A DNA stretch of 64,000 nucleotides from an uncultured Eubacteriales bacterium. GTDB lineage: Bacteria; Bacillota; Clostridia; Oscillospirales; CAG-272. Location: contig CAKSPO010000003.1 in assembly GCA_934481515.1 (NCBI GenBank), positions 4,250-68,249 on the forward strand, given 5' to 3'. The position numbers and the translations under genes were made by a program. The notes under the pieces are model-generated. The model ran no database searches. It was not told where the DNA came from and saw nothing but the letters and a program-made list of their open reading frames with translations. Below are positions 17,514 to 26,681 of the stretch, in pieces (positions within the stretch are counted from its first letter, which is position 1; every line of letters begins with the position of its first letter).

Positions 17514-19691
17514 TCAGATTTGGATTGTGCCGTCGGTGCAGACAACCTTCAGGGAAGCAGAGGTGTTATTCTTCCATCCGGATTCTTTCGTAATGGCGTT
17601 CCATTGTGCCATTGTTCCGGTGAATGTAACGGTGGTCAAATTGTAGCAATTGCAGAAGGCACTTGCACCGATGGAGGTTACACTATCCGGAATGGTGATG
17701 TTGGTCAGGCTGGAACAACCGTAGAATGCATTGTCTTCGATGGATGTTACGCTATTTGGAATGGCGACTTCGGTAAGAGAGGAACAACCTTCGAAGGCAC
17801 AGTCTCCGATGGTTATCACGCTATTTGGAATGGTGACTCCAGCAAGAGAGGAACAACCTTCGAAGGCACGGTCTCCAATGGTTGCTACGCTATTTGGAAC
17901 GGTGACTCCGGTAAGAGAAGAGCAACCTTCGAAGGCACAGTCTCCGATGGTTATCACGCTATTTGGAATGGTGACTCCAGCAAGAGAGGAACAACCCCGG
18001 AAGGCATGATTTTTGATAGTCGTTATGCCGTCGGGGATAACCAGCTCCGTGATTTCTGTTCCATTCAGGTACAGGTGCCCGGCGTATTGCAATGGATTTG
18101 AGCTCCAAGATGCAAACTCGATGTTGCACCATCTTGCAAGGTCTGTGATGTATACCGCGGTCAGGTTGGTGCAAATGTTGAAAGCAAAGGATCCGATGAA
18201 GGTGACCCCATTTCCGATGGTGATACCGGTCAGGCTGGAGCAGTTGTAGAAAGCCATTTCTCCGATGGAGGTGACGCTGCCCGGAATGGAGATGTTGGTC
18301 AGGCTGGAGCAGTTGGAGAAGGCTTCTGCTCCGATGGAGGTGACGCTATTTGGAATGGTAATGTTGGTCAGGCTGGAACAGTTGTAGAAAGCTCTTTTTT
18401 CGATGGAGGTGACGCTATTTGGAATGGTGATACTTGCAAGACCTGTACAACCGGAGAAAGCATGGTCTCCGATGGAAGTGACGCTGTCCGGAATGGTGAC
18501 GCTCTTGAAAGCGGTACAGTTGTAGAAAGCGTAGCTTCCGACGTTTGTTACGCCGTCGGGAATGACCAGTTCCGTGATTTCCGTTCCGTTCAAGTACAGG
18601 TGTTTGGCATGGGACAACGGATTTGAGGACCAAAATGCAAACTCGATGTTGCACCATCTTGCAAGGTCTGTGATGTATACCGCGGTCAGGTTGGAGCATT
18701 TGTAGAAGGCTTCTGCTCCGATGGAGGTTACACTATCCGGGATGGTGACGCTGGTCAGGTTGGAGCAGTTGTAGAAAGCTCTTTCTCCGATGGTGGTCAC
18801 ACCTTCTTCCAGCCGGATGACAATCGGAGTGGTGATATTTGCAAAGGCGTAATCACCGATGGTAGTTACATTGCCGGGAACGGTGATGCTTTTCAGAGAG
18901 GTACAGCCTGCAAATACGTTACTACCGATCGTGGTGATGTTTTTCCCGATGGAGATCGATTTCAGGCTGGCGCAATCCTTGAATGCGTCCGGCAGAATCT
19001 GTGTCACGGGCTTCCCAAAGTGGGTGTCCGGGATGGTGATTTCGCTCATGTACTTCATTTTTCCGCAACTGATGCCGTAGGTGCCGTCCGGGAGCGGGTA
19101 GTAATCGAATCCGTCCTCGCTTTCCTGCAAAAGGTCCGCAAGCGAACTGACCTTGACCGGATGGTCGGGATCGTCTGTGTAGGTGATCACCAGCCAGCCG
19201 TCGATGATCTCTACCTTCAGAATTCCGCGCCCGTCCTTTCCGGTGTCACCCTTGTCGCCCTTTTCGCCCTGAGCGCCGGTGTCACCTTTGTCACCTTTTT
19301 CGCCTTGGGCACCGGTGTCACCCTTGTCGCCCTTCTCGCCCTGAGCGCCGGTGTCACCCTTTTCGCCCTTTTCGCCCTGAGCGCCGGTGTCACCCTTTTC
19401 GCCCTGAGCGCCGGTGTCACCTTTCTCGCCCTTCTCGCCTTGGGCTCCGGTGTCACCTTTCTCGCCCTTCTCGCCTTGGGCACCGGTGTCGCCCTTCAAA
19501 GAGAGGAGCCACTCCTCAAGGGTTCCCTCAAAGCCTGCTGCTACGGCAAGCTCATATGCCGTTTTTCCTGCTTCCGGCGGCTGTGTCTCCTGATTTGCAC
19601 AAGCCTGCAGTGCAGTTGCCGAGAGCAGAAGCGCTAAAGCAGTTGCTCCGATTTTGCGGAACGCGGTTCGGTTTTGCTTTTTCGCGTGCAT
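17514..19691 (-). CDS. Surface lipoprotein: collagen-like GXY repeat region + BspA-type leucine-rich repeats
   Basis: The start is MHAKKQNRT (AAGGAGG RBS). The lipobox is LQAC. It has 30 uninterrupted G-X-Y triplets ([12 protein letters not shown]..., nt 19224-19493). After these come more than 20 ~23-aa repeats of the form xxIPxSVTSIGxxAFxxCSSLT. Confidence 0.85.
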   Translation of the reverse strand: MHAKKQNRTAFRKIGATALALLLSATALQACANQETQPPEAGKTAYELAVAAGFEGTLEEWLLSLKGDTGAQGEKGEKGDTGAQGEKGEKGDTGAQGEKGDTGAQGEKGEKGDTGAQGEKGDKGDTGAQGEKGDKGDTGAQGEKGDKGDTGKDGRGILKVEIIDGWLVITYTDDPDHPVKVSSLADLLQESEDGFDYYPLPDGTYGISCGKMKYMSEITIPDTHFGKPVTQILPDAFKDCASLKSISIGKNITTIGSNVFAGCTSLKSITVPGNVTTIGDYAFANITTPIVIRLEEGVTTIGERAFYNCSNLTSVTIPDSVTSIGAEAFYKCSNLTAVYITDLARWCNIEFAFWSSNPLSHAKHLYLNGTEITELVIPDGVTNVGSYAFYNCTAFKSVTIPDSVTSIGDHAFSGCTGLASITIPNSVTSIEKRAFYNCSSLTNITIPNSVTSIGAEAFSNCSSLTNISIPGSVTSIGEMAFYNCSSLTGITIGNGVTFIGSFAFNICTNLTAVYITDLARWCNIEFASWSSNPLQYAGHLYLNGTEITELVIPDGITTIKNHAFRGCSSLAGVTIPNSVITIGDCAFEGCSSLTGVTVPNSVATIGDRAFEGCSSLAGVTIPNSVITIGDCAFEGCSSLTEVAIPNSVTSIEDNAFYGCSSLTNITIPDSVTSIGASAFCNCYNLTTVTFTGTMAQWNAITKESGWKNNTSASLKVVCTDGTIQI

Positions 19692-19963
19692 GGTGTTTTC
19701 CTCCTTGCAATAAAAAATGAAATAAAAAAAGTGCGCCAGCCGAAGCTCGCGCACGAAAAACACAAACTCCGGTTGTCGCCAAACAAACTGAATAACGCAT
19801 AGGTGCTTTGCTTATCGCGTCCCTGCCCACACAATTATTCGGAATTTGCGTTTTTACCAATTCCGGGGTATGGTTAGGGATTCCCGATTTTTGTGCGACA
19901 AAACAAGACTATACCCCCAAAGGGCATAGCGTACCGCTGCGCGAATGATTCAGTTTGTTTGGC
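19692..19963 (-). promoter_or_regulatory. ~270-nt structured 5' leader (candidate cis-regulatory RNA) of the collagen-LRR gene
   Basis: A perfect 16-nt inverted repeat (19963-19948 with 19793-19778) encloses 154 nt that contain several local hairpins. The terminator follows. The predicted TSS coincides with the first arm. Confidence 0.5.
19724..19754 (-). terminator. Intrinsic terminator/attenuator hairpin inside the LRR-gene leader
   Basis: The minus strand reads GUGCGCGAGC-UUCG-GCUGGCGCAC followed by U7. It sits about 32 nt upstream of the start codon, immediately before the RBS. Confidence 0.7.
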
Positions 19964-19970
19964 ATTTTCT

Positions 19971-19999
19971 ATGATACACTTTTTTTGGAAGCTTGTCAA
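19971..19999 (-). promoter_or_regulatory. Sigma-A-type promoter for the collagen-LRR gene leader
   Basis: On the minus strand: TTGACA (19999-19994), a 17-nt spacer, then TATCAT (19976-19971). Confidence 0.65.
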
Positions 20000-20289
20000 G
20001 ATTTTTCCTGAAAATATTGGGTGTTTTCAACGATGGGGTGTGGTTTTCTTCCTGCATCGGAAGAATTGGAAGGCGAACGTTCAGCAGAAAAGGGGAAGGG
20101 GGAGAGGGAAGAGAGAAGCGGATGATTGCGGCGGAAGCGTCTGTGGGACTGGTGGAAAAACCAATGGACTGGCAACGATATGGATACCGATGGGTTGGGG
20201 ATTGCTTCGCGGATGTATGCCTTTTAAGACGGGCGTAAAGGCAGAATAAACGTGGCGTGAGCATGATACGGCGGCGGAGAGAACAACGA

Positions 20290-20334
20290 CGAAAACAAGA
20301 CCGAAAACAAGACCGAAAACAAGACCGAAAACGA
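20290..20334. repeat. 12-bp tandem repeat CGAAAACAAGAC x ~3.7
   Basis: Perfect copies at 20290-20301, 20302-20313 and 20314-20325, with a partial copy at 20326-20334. Confidence 0.95.
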
Positions 20335-20805
20335 TGCTTCCGGATGGTGGCGGGCGGTTGGTCTGACACGTTCTTCTTTGTTGCGGCGGCAAAGGGATAC
20401 TTTGGCGAATGGTTTCGGAAAAGAGGTGCGAAAGTGAAAAACGAAACTCATTCAGAATGTAGAAATTTTTGTCCGGAAAATGTGCAACTTTCACAAATCC
20501 AAAAAACGGGTTTTCTGACCTGAATTTCTTTTTTTGATGTCCGATTTGAAGTAAATAATATTTACTTTTCGTAGATTCGTCAAAAATGTATCAGATTGCC
20601 GTGGGTAAAAATACACAAAAAACAGGCTTGTTGGAATAAAAAGCACATATTTTTGTTAAATTAAATTTACTATCCGGAAAAAGGGCTTTTGGAAGGTGAA
20701 AAAAAGGGCAGAAGATTGTAAATTTTTTTCACATTGGATTTGACGCCTGAATGAATTTTCGCGCCGGAAGGGCGCCCCGGAGGAAAACGGTTGAAATGTT
20801 TTTGC

Positions 20806-20834
20806 TTGACAGGGCGGAGGTTTTGTGATATGAT
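20806..20834 (+). promoter_or_regulatory. Sigma-A-type promoter of the 7-gene operon
   Basis: TTGACA (20806-20811), a 17-nt spacer, then TATGAT (20829-20834). It sits after an AT-rich tract. Confidence 0.65.
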
Positions 20835-21061
20835 ATTACTATCTTATTTGAGGAAAACTCTGTTTTGCTGAAACAGTCCGGGGGTTTTCCGAATAGAAAT
20901 CCACCCGCTATGCCGCAGAAAATCCGGCGTTCCGGAGGATCGGCAGCAGGGTGGGAGATACGACATTTTTCCGCTGAGAGAGTTTTTTACGACTCTTTTT
21001 GCGGAATTTTTGCCGAAAAAACGGACAGAAGCCCTTTAACGATTTGCAGGAGGAAACGCAA

Positions 21062-24000
21062 ATGAGAAAAACACGATTCACGAGATTCTTGTGCCTGACA
21101 CTGGCGCTTTTGTGTCTTGTGAGCAGCACTGTGCTTGCCGTCAGTGCCGACAGCGGATCGGGTCATTCGAATACGACGGATAAGTCGATCAATGACTATC
21201 AGCAGACGCTGGAGACCATCAGTTACGACGAGTATCAGGCACTGTACTTCAAGGGGGTCACGAAAGCAACGGAAGCCACCGTTCTGCCGATGACCGACAA
21301 CTGGGTTTTCCGGAACGGCGGAATCACCATCACGATGACCGACGGCGTATGGAAAATGACCGACTCCGACGGAACCGTTTATACCTCGGCGGATGCCGCG
21401 GCGGAGGCGGGGCATGAGAAGAGCGATCTTGCCTATGTGGATTCCTTTGACGGTGTGACTGCGGTCTATACGCCGAGCGTCGGAACCATGACATGGAAGG
21501 TCAGCCTGACCGAGAAGAACATCCGCTCGGCAATGCTGTTCAACCTTTCTCTGCAATATTATCCCATTGCCTCCAAACCGAGTGCGGTGGAGCGGGAATT
21601 CTACATCAACGGGGAAGCGCCTTTCTCCGAAGCGCGTTCGCTGTCGCTGTCCAAGATGTGGTCCTCCTATCAGCAGGGCGGAACCTCCTCCGACAAACGG
21701 GAGATGGTGGGAACCTACCGTCTCGGGAAGGATGATACGCTGGAGGCGGTTGTACGCGACGCAGAGGATGCGGGATTTGTTTCCGGAAAGACCTATACGG
21801 TTTCCGACGACCGTTCTTCCGTCAGCGTGATTTATCCGAAGGTCTTCACCGTGAAAATCAATGCGTTTCTTGAGAAATACGGAATCCGGTTCTTCGGGAC
21901 GGATGCGGACAACAATGAAATCCGTCCTTCCCAGTTGCAGACGCCGGAATGGATGGAGTATCTGTTCCACGACAGCGAAGGCTTTTCCCATACGTATGCC
22001 GCAAGTGCATCCGAAATTTATGCAAGTGAAAACTTCGGATTCCTCATCGGACCGGATGCAGACGGGAATCTGGAATTTTCGCTGAAGAGCGTCAACGAGC
22101 CTGCCGTATTCTCTTCTCTGACGCTTCTGCCGTATACTTCTGCTCCTTCCTACGAGGATTACCGGAAGGACATTGTTTCCAAAGTGGGCGACGCCCAGGG
22201 AAAAAGCATCCTGAAGCTGGAAGCAGAGTATACCAGACATACCTCTACCAATGTTGTCTATCCGGTGGAGGACAGAACCTCTGCAAACTCCTCTCCGGTG
22301 GATACCACCCGCACAGTGCTGAATACCATCGGTACGGAAAAGTGGGAGACTGCGGGACAGTGGGTGGAATACACCTTCTCGGTGGATTCCTCCGGATTTT
22401 ATGATGTGTATTCCCGTTTCCGCCAGAGCTACCTTGACGGTATGTATGTCAACCGTTCTCTGCAGCTCTTTACCGAAGGCGACCGCGCGGACTACGTGAG
22501 CCGGAACGGAAATGATGCCGGCTACTATGACGGCCTCCCCTTTGCCGAGGCGGCAAAGCTCCGCTACAATTACGGAACCGGCTGGCAGGTGACCAAACTT
22601 GCCTCCGAGGGCGGCGAAAATGTTCCTACCTATCAATTGTATCTGCGCGCAGGCGAGGTTTACACGCTTCGTCTGGAGGTGACGCTCGGTTCCATGAGTG
22701 AGCAGGTACAGAAGATCCGGGCGATCCTGAATGCACTCAATGACGATTACCTTGCAATCATCAAGCTGACCGGAACGTCTCCCGACGACTACCGCGACTA
22801 CAGCTTTACACGGCTTCTGCCGGATACCATGATCGATTTCTTTACCCAGAAGGCAGCGCTGAACGAGGTATCTGCGTTCCTGAAGAACACTGCCGGGGTT
22901 GCTTCCACCTATTCCGGTACCTGTGACAAACTCAGTGCTCTGCTGGACAGAATGGGACTGGACGAAAACGAAATTGCAAAGAACCTTGAAACCTTCAAGA
23001 GCTATGTCGGCTCGCTCGGTACGTTCCTGACCGATGCCATGACGCAGCCGCTTCAGTTGGATTATCTGATGATTCAGCCTGCGGACGCGGAAGCGCCCAA
23101 GGGAGCGGCGGGCTTCTTCCGGACGCTGTGGCATGAGCTGAAAAGCTTCATTCAGAGCTTCTTCCGCGATTACAACAGCATGGGTGCAATGGAAAGCGCG
23201 AACGGCGCCGGCGAAACCATCAATGTCTGGGTTCCTTACGGACGTGACCAGGCAAACGTGCTCCGGAACCTTTCCACCAACGGCTTTACCCAGCAGACCA
23301 ATATTGCCGTAGACCTGAAGCTGGTCAACGGCGGAACCCTGCTGCCTTCCATTCTGGCGGGCATGGGACCGGATGTTTACCTCGGACTCGGACATGAGAC
23401 GGTCATCAACTATGCAATCCGCGGTGCATTGCTGAACATTGAAACGATGGAACATGATTCCGTGAAAGACTTCGAGCGGGAGATGCTGAAGGATTTCAAT
23501 GCAGCGGCACTGAACGTGCTCGGAATCGCCGATGCCGACAACGAGATGCATTATTACGGCTTGCCGGAAACGCAGGGCTTTTCCATGATGTTTGTCCGTC
23601 TGGATGTTCTGTACAATCTGGGCATTGAGATTCCCAAGACATGGGAAGAAATCTATGTGGCACAGTCCAAGCTGGAGTCCAATAATATGAAGATCGGTGT
23701 TACCACCGACTATAAGATTTTCCTCTATCAGATGGGAGGAGACCTGTGGGCAGATAACGGTATGCGGATCAATCTGGATTCCACAATGGGACTTGCGGCA
23801 TTTGAAAAGATGTGCGGCATGTTTACGCAGTATTCCTTCCCGTACCAGTATGAGGCGGCAAACCGCTTCCGTACCGGAGAAATGCCGATCATCATTGCAA
23901 GCTATACGGCACTGTACAACCAGCTGAAGGTATTTGCAACCGAGCTTGACGGCAACTGGACCTTCGTTCCGATGCCCGGCTGGGAGACCGTCAATGAGGA

Positions 24001-24817
24001 CGGCACCACCACCATCAACAACAGCTCTATTTCCGCTGTTTCCGCAGTCGTCATGGTAGACGGAGTTAAGAAGCGGGATGCGGCATGGGAGTACATGAAG
24101 TGGTACACCGGAGCCGAAGCGCAGTCTTCCTACGCAAACGAGATGGTGGCAATCATCGGTGACTCTGCAAAGCACTCCACCGCAAACCGCGAGGCGCTCA
24201 AGAGCATGCCTTGGACGCACGACGAGTATGTGGAGGTTTCCAAGCAGTTCGAAAACCTTGCTTCCGTCAACAACTACCCCGGATATTACTACATTGACCG
24301 TTACACCAACTTCGCATTCCTCGCTGCTTACAACGATGATGCAAACCCGACCACAAAACTGCTCAGCTATATCAATACCATCAACAACGAAATTACCCGG
24401 AAGCGGGCAGAGTTTGGTCTGGAAACGCTGGAAATCGGTCAGACGCTGGCAAAGAAGAGAATGGATCAGGCAACCGCTGCATTGAAGCTGCTGGAGGATA
24501 ATCATAAGAAGGATGCATATACCGCTGCCATCGAGCTTGCCAAATACGGTATTGCAAACCAGAAGGTTGCGCAACTGCGGGAGGCTTCCGAGCAGTTCAT
24601 GACGCTTTTGAAGGGCGAGTGGGACGGCTCGACGCGCACCATTACCAAGGTCAGCGGAAAGACCGCTGAAATGCCTTCCTATTATGTAAATGTCAGCAAG
24701 CAGACCATGGAGACCAAATCCGGAGGCTACAGAATAGAAGACCTGAACCTTCAGGAACTGCTCTACTTCATTTCCGAGTGCCTCGGAGATGCGGCGGATG
24801 CACTGGCTTCTTACTGA
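21062..24817 (+). CDS. Giant (1251-aa) extracellular solute-binding protein: N-terminal ~700-aa extension with CBM-like beta-sandwich + C-terminal family-1 sugar SBP module
   Basis: The start is MRKTRFTRFLCLTLALLCLV (AGGAGG RBS). It has a signal peptide or anchor without a lipobox. WETAGQWVEYTFSVDSSGFYDVYSRF has a CBM-like signature (nt ~22220-22690). From ETINVWVPYG onward (nt ~23210-24430) it reads as a typical LplA/CUT1-type SBP. Confidence 0.75.
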   Translation: MRKTRFTRFLCLTLALLCLVSSTVLAVSADSGSGHSNTTDKSINDYQQTLETISYDEYQALYFKGVTKATEATVLPMTDNWVFRNGGITITMTDGVWKMTDSDGTVYTSADAAAEAGHEKSDLAYVDSFDGVTAVYTPSVGTMTWKVSLTEKNIRSAMLFNLSLQYYPIASKPSAVEREFYINGEAPFSEARSLSLSKMWSSYQQGGTSSDKREMVGTYRLGKDDTLEAVVRDAEDAGFVSGKTYTVSDDRSSVSVIYPKVFTVKINAFLEKYGIRFFGTDADNNEIRPSQLQTPEWMEYLFHDSEGFSHTYAASASEIYASENFGFLIGPDADGNLEFSLKSVNEPAVFSSLTLLPYTSAPSYEDYRKDIVSKVGDAQGKSILKLEAEYTRHTSTNVVYPVEDRTSANSSPVDTTRTVLNTIGTEKWETAGQWVEYTFSVDSSGFYDVYSRFRQSYLDGMYVNRSLQLFTEGDRADYVSRNGNDAGYYDGLPFAEAAKLRYNYGTGWQVTKLASEGGENVPTYQLYLRAGEVYTLRLEVTLGSMSEQVQKIRAILNALNDDYLAIIKLTGTSPDDYRDYSFTRLLPDTMIDFFTQKAALNEVSAFLKNTAGVASTYSGTCDKLSALLDRMGLDENEIAKNLETFKSYVGSLGTFLTDAMTQPLQLDYLMIQPADAEAPKGAAGFFRTLWHELKSFIQSFFRDYNSMGAMESANGAGETINVWVPYGRDQANVLRNLSTNGFTQQTNIAVDLKLVNGGTLLPSILAGMGPDVYLGLGHETVINYAIRGALLNIETMEHDSVKDFEREMLKDFNAAALNVLGIADADNEMHYYGLPETQGFSMMFVRLDVLYNLGIEIPKTWEEIYVAQSKLESNNMKIGVTTDYKIFLYQMGGDLWADNGMRINLDSTMGLAAFEKMCGMFTQYSFPYQYEAANRFRTGEMPIIIASYTALYNQLKVFATELDGNWTFVPMPGWETVNEDGTTTINNSSISAVSAVVMVDGVKKRDAAWEYMKWYTGAEAQSSYANEMVAIIGDSAKHSTANREALKSMPWTHDEYVEVSKQFENLASVNNYPGYYYIDRYTNFAFLAAYNDDANPTTKLLSYINTINNEITRKRAEFGLETLEIGQTLAKKRMDQATAALKLLEDNHKKDAYTAAIELAKYGIANQKVAQLREASEQFMTLLKGEWDGSTRTITKVSGKTAEMPSYYVNVSKQTMETKSGGYRIEDLNLQELLYFISECLGDAADALASY

Positions 24818-24851
24818 TCCGTGTCTGAAATCTATGTGAGGAGAAAAATCA

Positions 24852-25796
24852 ATGGCAAAAAAATCAGAATATAAAGCAGTTGCCAGAAAGGATATGACCT
24901 ACAGACAGTGGATCTGGAAGGAAATGAAGCGGAACCGGATTGCGTATCTGCTGATTGCACCGTATGTGCTGGTTTTCACCGTTTTCACCATCGTCCCGGT
25001 CATCCTTTCCATCGTCATCAGCTTTACGGATTTCAACATGCTGCAATGGCCGAATATGGTTTGGCTCGACAACTACATCAACCTGTTCTTCTCGGATGAC
25101 ATTTTCCTGATCGCCTGCAAAAACACCTTCGTTTTTGCCGTCATCGTCGGACCTGCATCCTACCTGATGTCGTTTTTGGTCGCGTGGTTTATCAACGAGC
25201 TTCCCCCGCGGATCCGTTCGGTGATTACGCTGATCTTCTATGCACCGTCCATTTCCGGTTCGGTGTATCTGATCTGGAGCACACTGTTCTCGTCGGACTC
25301 CTACGGCTGGGTCAACGCAATGCTGATGGAGACGGGCTTTATCACAGAACCGGTCAACTGGTTCAAGAATGAAAAGTATGTCATGCCGCTGTGTATCATG
25401 GTTGCTCTCTGGACTTCTCTGGGGCACGCGTTCCTGTCCTTTATTGCAGGCTTGCAGGGCGTGGATCGCGCCCAGTATGAGGCGGGTGCCGTGGACGGCG
25501 TCAAAAACCGCTGGCAGGAGCTGTGGTACATTACACTCCCCAACATGAAGCCGCAGCTGATGTTCGGTGCGGTCATGTCCATTACAAACTCCTTCGGCTT
25601 CGGAGGCGTGGTTACGGCACTTTGCGGTTTCCCCTCGGTCAACTACGCGGCGCATACCATCATGCACCACCTGGAGGACTACGGCGGATCCCGATATGAG
25701 ATCGGTTATTCTTCGGCAATCGCTGTGGTGCTGTTCGCAATCATGATCGGCGCGAACATGGTTGTCAAGAAAGTTCTTTCAAAGGTAGGTTCGTGA
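24852..25796 (+). CDS. ABC sugar-transporter permease (MalF/LplB-like), pair 1
   Basis: 314 aa with six predicted TM segments and the EAA-loop YEAGAVDGVKNRWQELWYITLP. Confidence 0.9.
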   Translation: MAKKSEYKAVARKDMTYRQWIWKEMKRNRIAYLLIAPYVLVFTVFTIVPVILSIVISFTDFNMLQWPNMVWLDNYINLFFSDDIFLIACKNTFVFAVIVGPASYLMSFLVAWFINELPPRIRSVITLIFYAPSISGSVYLIWSTLFSSDSYGWVNAMLMETGFITEPVNWFKNEKYVMPLCIMVALWTSLGHAFLSFIAGLQGVDRAQYEAGAVDGVKNRWQELWYITLPNMKPQLMFGAVMSITNSFGFGGVVTALCGFPSVNYAAHTIMHHLEDYGGSRYEIGYSSAIAVVLFAIMIGANMVVKKVLSKVGS

Positions 25797-25797
25797 T

Positions 25798-26670
25798 ATG
25801 GCAAAATTAAGAACAAGAAAGCACAGAGTTGTCCTTTCCCGTTCGGCGGGAGGAGATGCCGGTATCACAGTCATTCTGACCATTCTCGGACTTTTCATGT
25901 TTCTGCCGATGGTATATGTCGTTTCCCAGTCCCTGAAGCCTTTGGATGAGCTTTGGATGTATCCGCCGCGGTTTCTGGTAAAAAATCCGACGTTTTCCAA
26001 CTTCCGGGATCTGTTTACGCTGATGAATGACTCCTGGGTTCCGTTTTCCCGTTACATCTTCAACACCGTATTTATTACGGTCGCAGGAACGTTCGGACAC
26101 CTCTTTATTGCCTCCATGTGTGCTTATGCACTGGCAAAGATCAAGTTCCCGGGAGCAAACGGAATTTTCAAAACCATCCGTACATCCCTGATGTTCCACT
26201 CCACCGTGACGAGCATCACCAGCTTCATGCTGATGAGCGCCTTCCATATGATTGATACCTACTGGGCGATTATCGTTCCGGCATGGGGATACACATTGGG
26301 GCTTTACCTGATGAAGCAGTTTATGGACACGCACGTTGCAGACGCGGTGCTGGAAAGCGCACGGCTGGACGGTGCCAGCGAAATCCGCACCTACTGGACC
26401 ATTGCGATGCCGATGGTCAAGCCGGCATGGCTGACGCTGATTATCTATTCGTTCCAGAGCCTGTGGAACTCCGGTTCTTCCATTTATATTTATTCCGAGC
26501 AGCTGAAATCGTTCAACTACGCGATCGGACAGATTACAGCCGGCGGTATCAAGCGTGCCGGAGCTTCGGCGGCTTCCACTGTGCTGATGATGATGGTTCC
26601 GATTCTGGTCTTTGTGATTACGCAGTCCAACATCATTGAGACCATGGGTTCCAGCGGTATGAAAGACTAA
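25798..26670 (+). CDS. ABC sugar-transporter permease (MalG/LplC-like), pair 1
   Basis: 290 aa with the EAA-loop LESARLDGASEIRTYWTIAMP. It starts 1 nt after the previous stop. Confidence 0.9.
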   Translation: MAKLRTRKHRVVLSRSAGGDAGITVILTILGLFMFLPMVYVVSQSLKPLDELWMYPPRFLVKNPTFSNFRDLFTLMNDSWVPFSRYIFNTVFITVAGTFGHLFIASMCAYALAKIKFPGANGIFKTIRTSLMFHSTVTSITSFMLMSAFHMIDTYWAIIVPAWGYTLGLYLMKQFMDTHVADAVLESARLDGASEIRTYWTIAMPMVKPAWLTLIIYSFQSLWNSGSSIYIYSEQLKSFNYAIGQITAGGIKRAGASAASTVLMMMVPILVFVITQSNIIETMGSSGMKD

Positions 26671-26681
26671 AGGAGGTCAAT

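Noticed and set aside
19778-19963. The 16-bp perfect inverted repeats flanking 154 bp read as a DNA inverton (phase-variable promoter; an internal TTGCGT-17-TATGGT faces away from the LRR gene) or as a 186-bp MITE.
   Set aside because: This reading is less favoured but not excluded. A near-consensus promoter sits just outside the repeat with its TSS at the first arm, and a terminator plus RBS follow the second arm, which fits an RNA helix better. There is no recombinase gene in the window and no target-site duplication. Long-read orientation analysis would settle it.
20081-20523. ORFs 20257..20523 (+, RKQDRKQDRKQD) and 20081..20494 / 19950..20369 (-) in the LRR/SBP intergenic region.
   Set aside because: They are artefacts of translating the 12-bp tandem repeat. 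They have no RBS, their composition is implausible and they overlap each other.
20987-24574. Very long antisense ORFs opposite real genes. Examples: 20987..24574 (-, 1195 aa), 30023..33241 (-, 1072 aa), 8202..10634 (-), 5788..8037 (-), 40033..42186 (-), 1451..2881 (+), 35620..36909 (+), 36906..38246 (+), 50856..52382 (+), 58234..59610 (+) and 46490..47836 (-).
   Set aside because: Each mirrors a gene whose translation has clear family motifs, an RBS and sensible composition. The antisense products are Arg/His/Cys/Gly-rich with no motifs, no RBS and no signal features. This is the expected stop-codon-poor shadow frame of GC-rich coding DNA.
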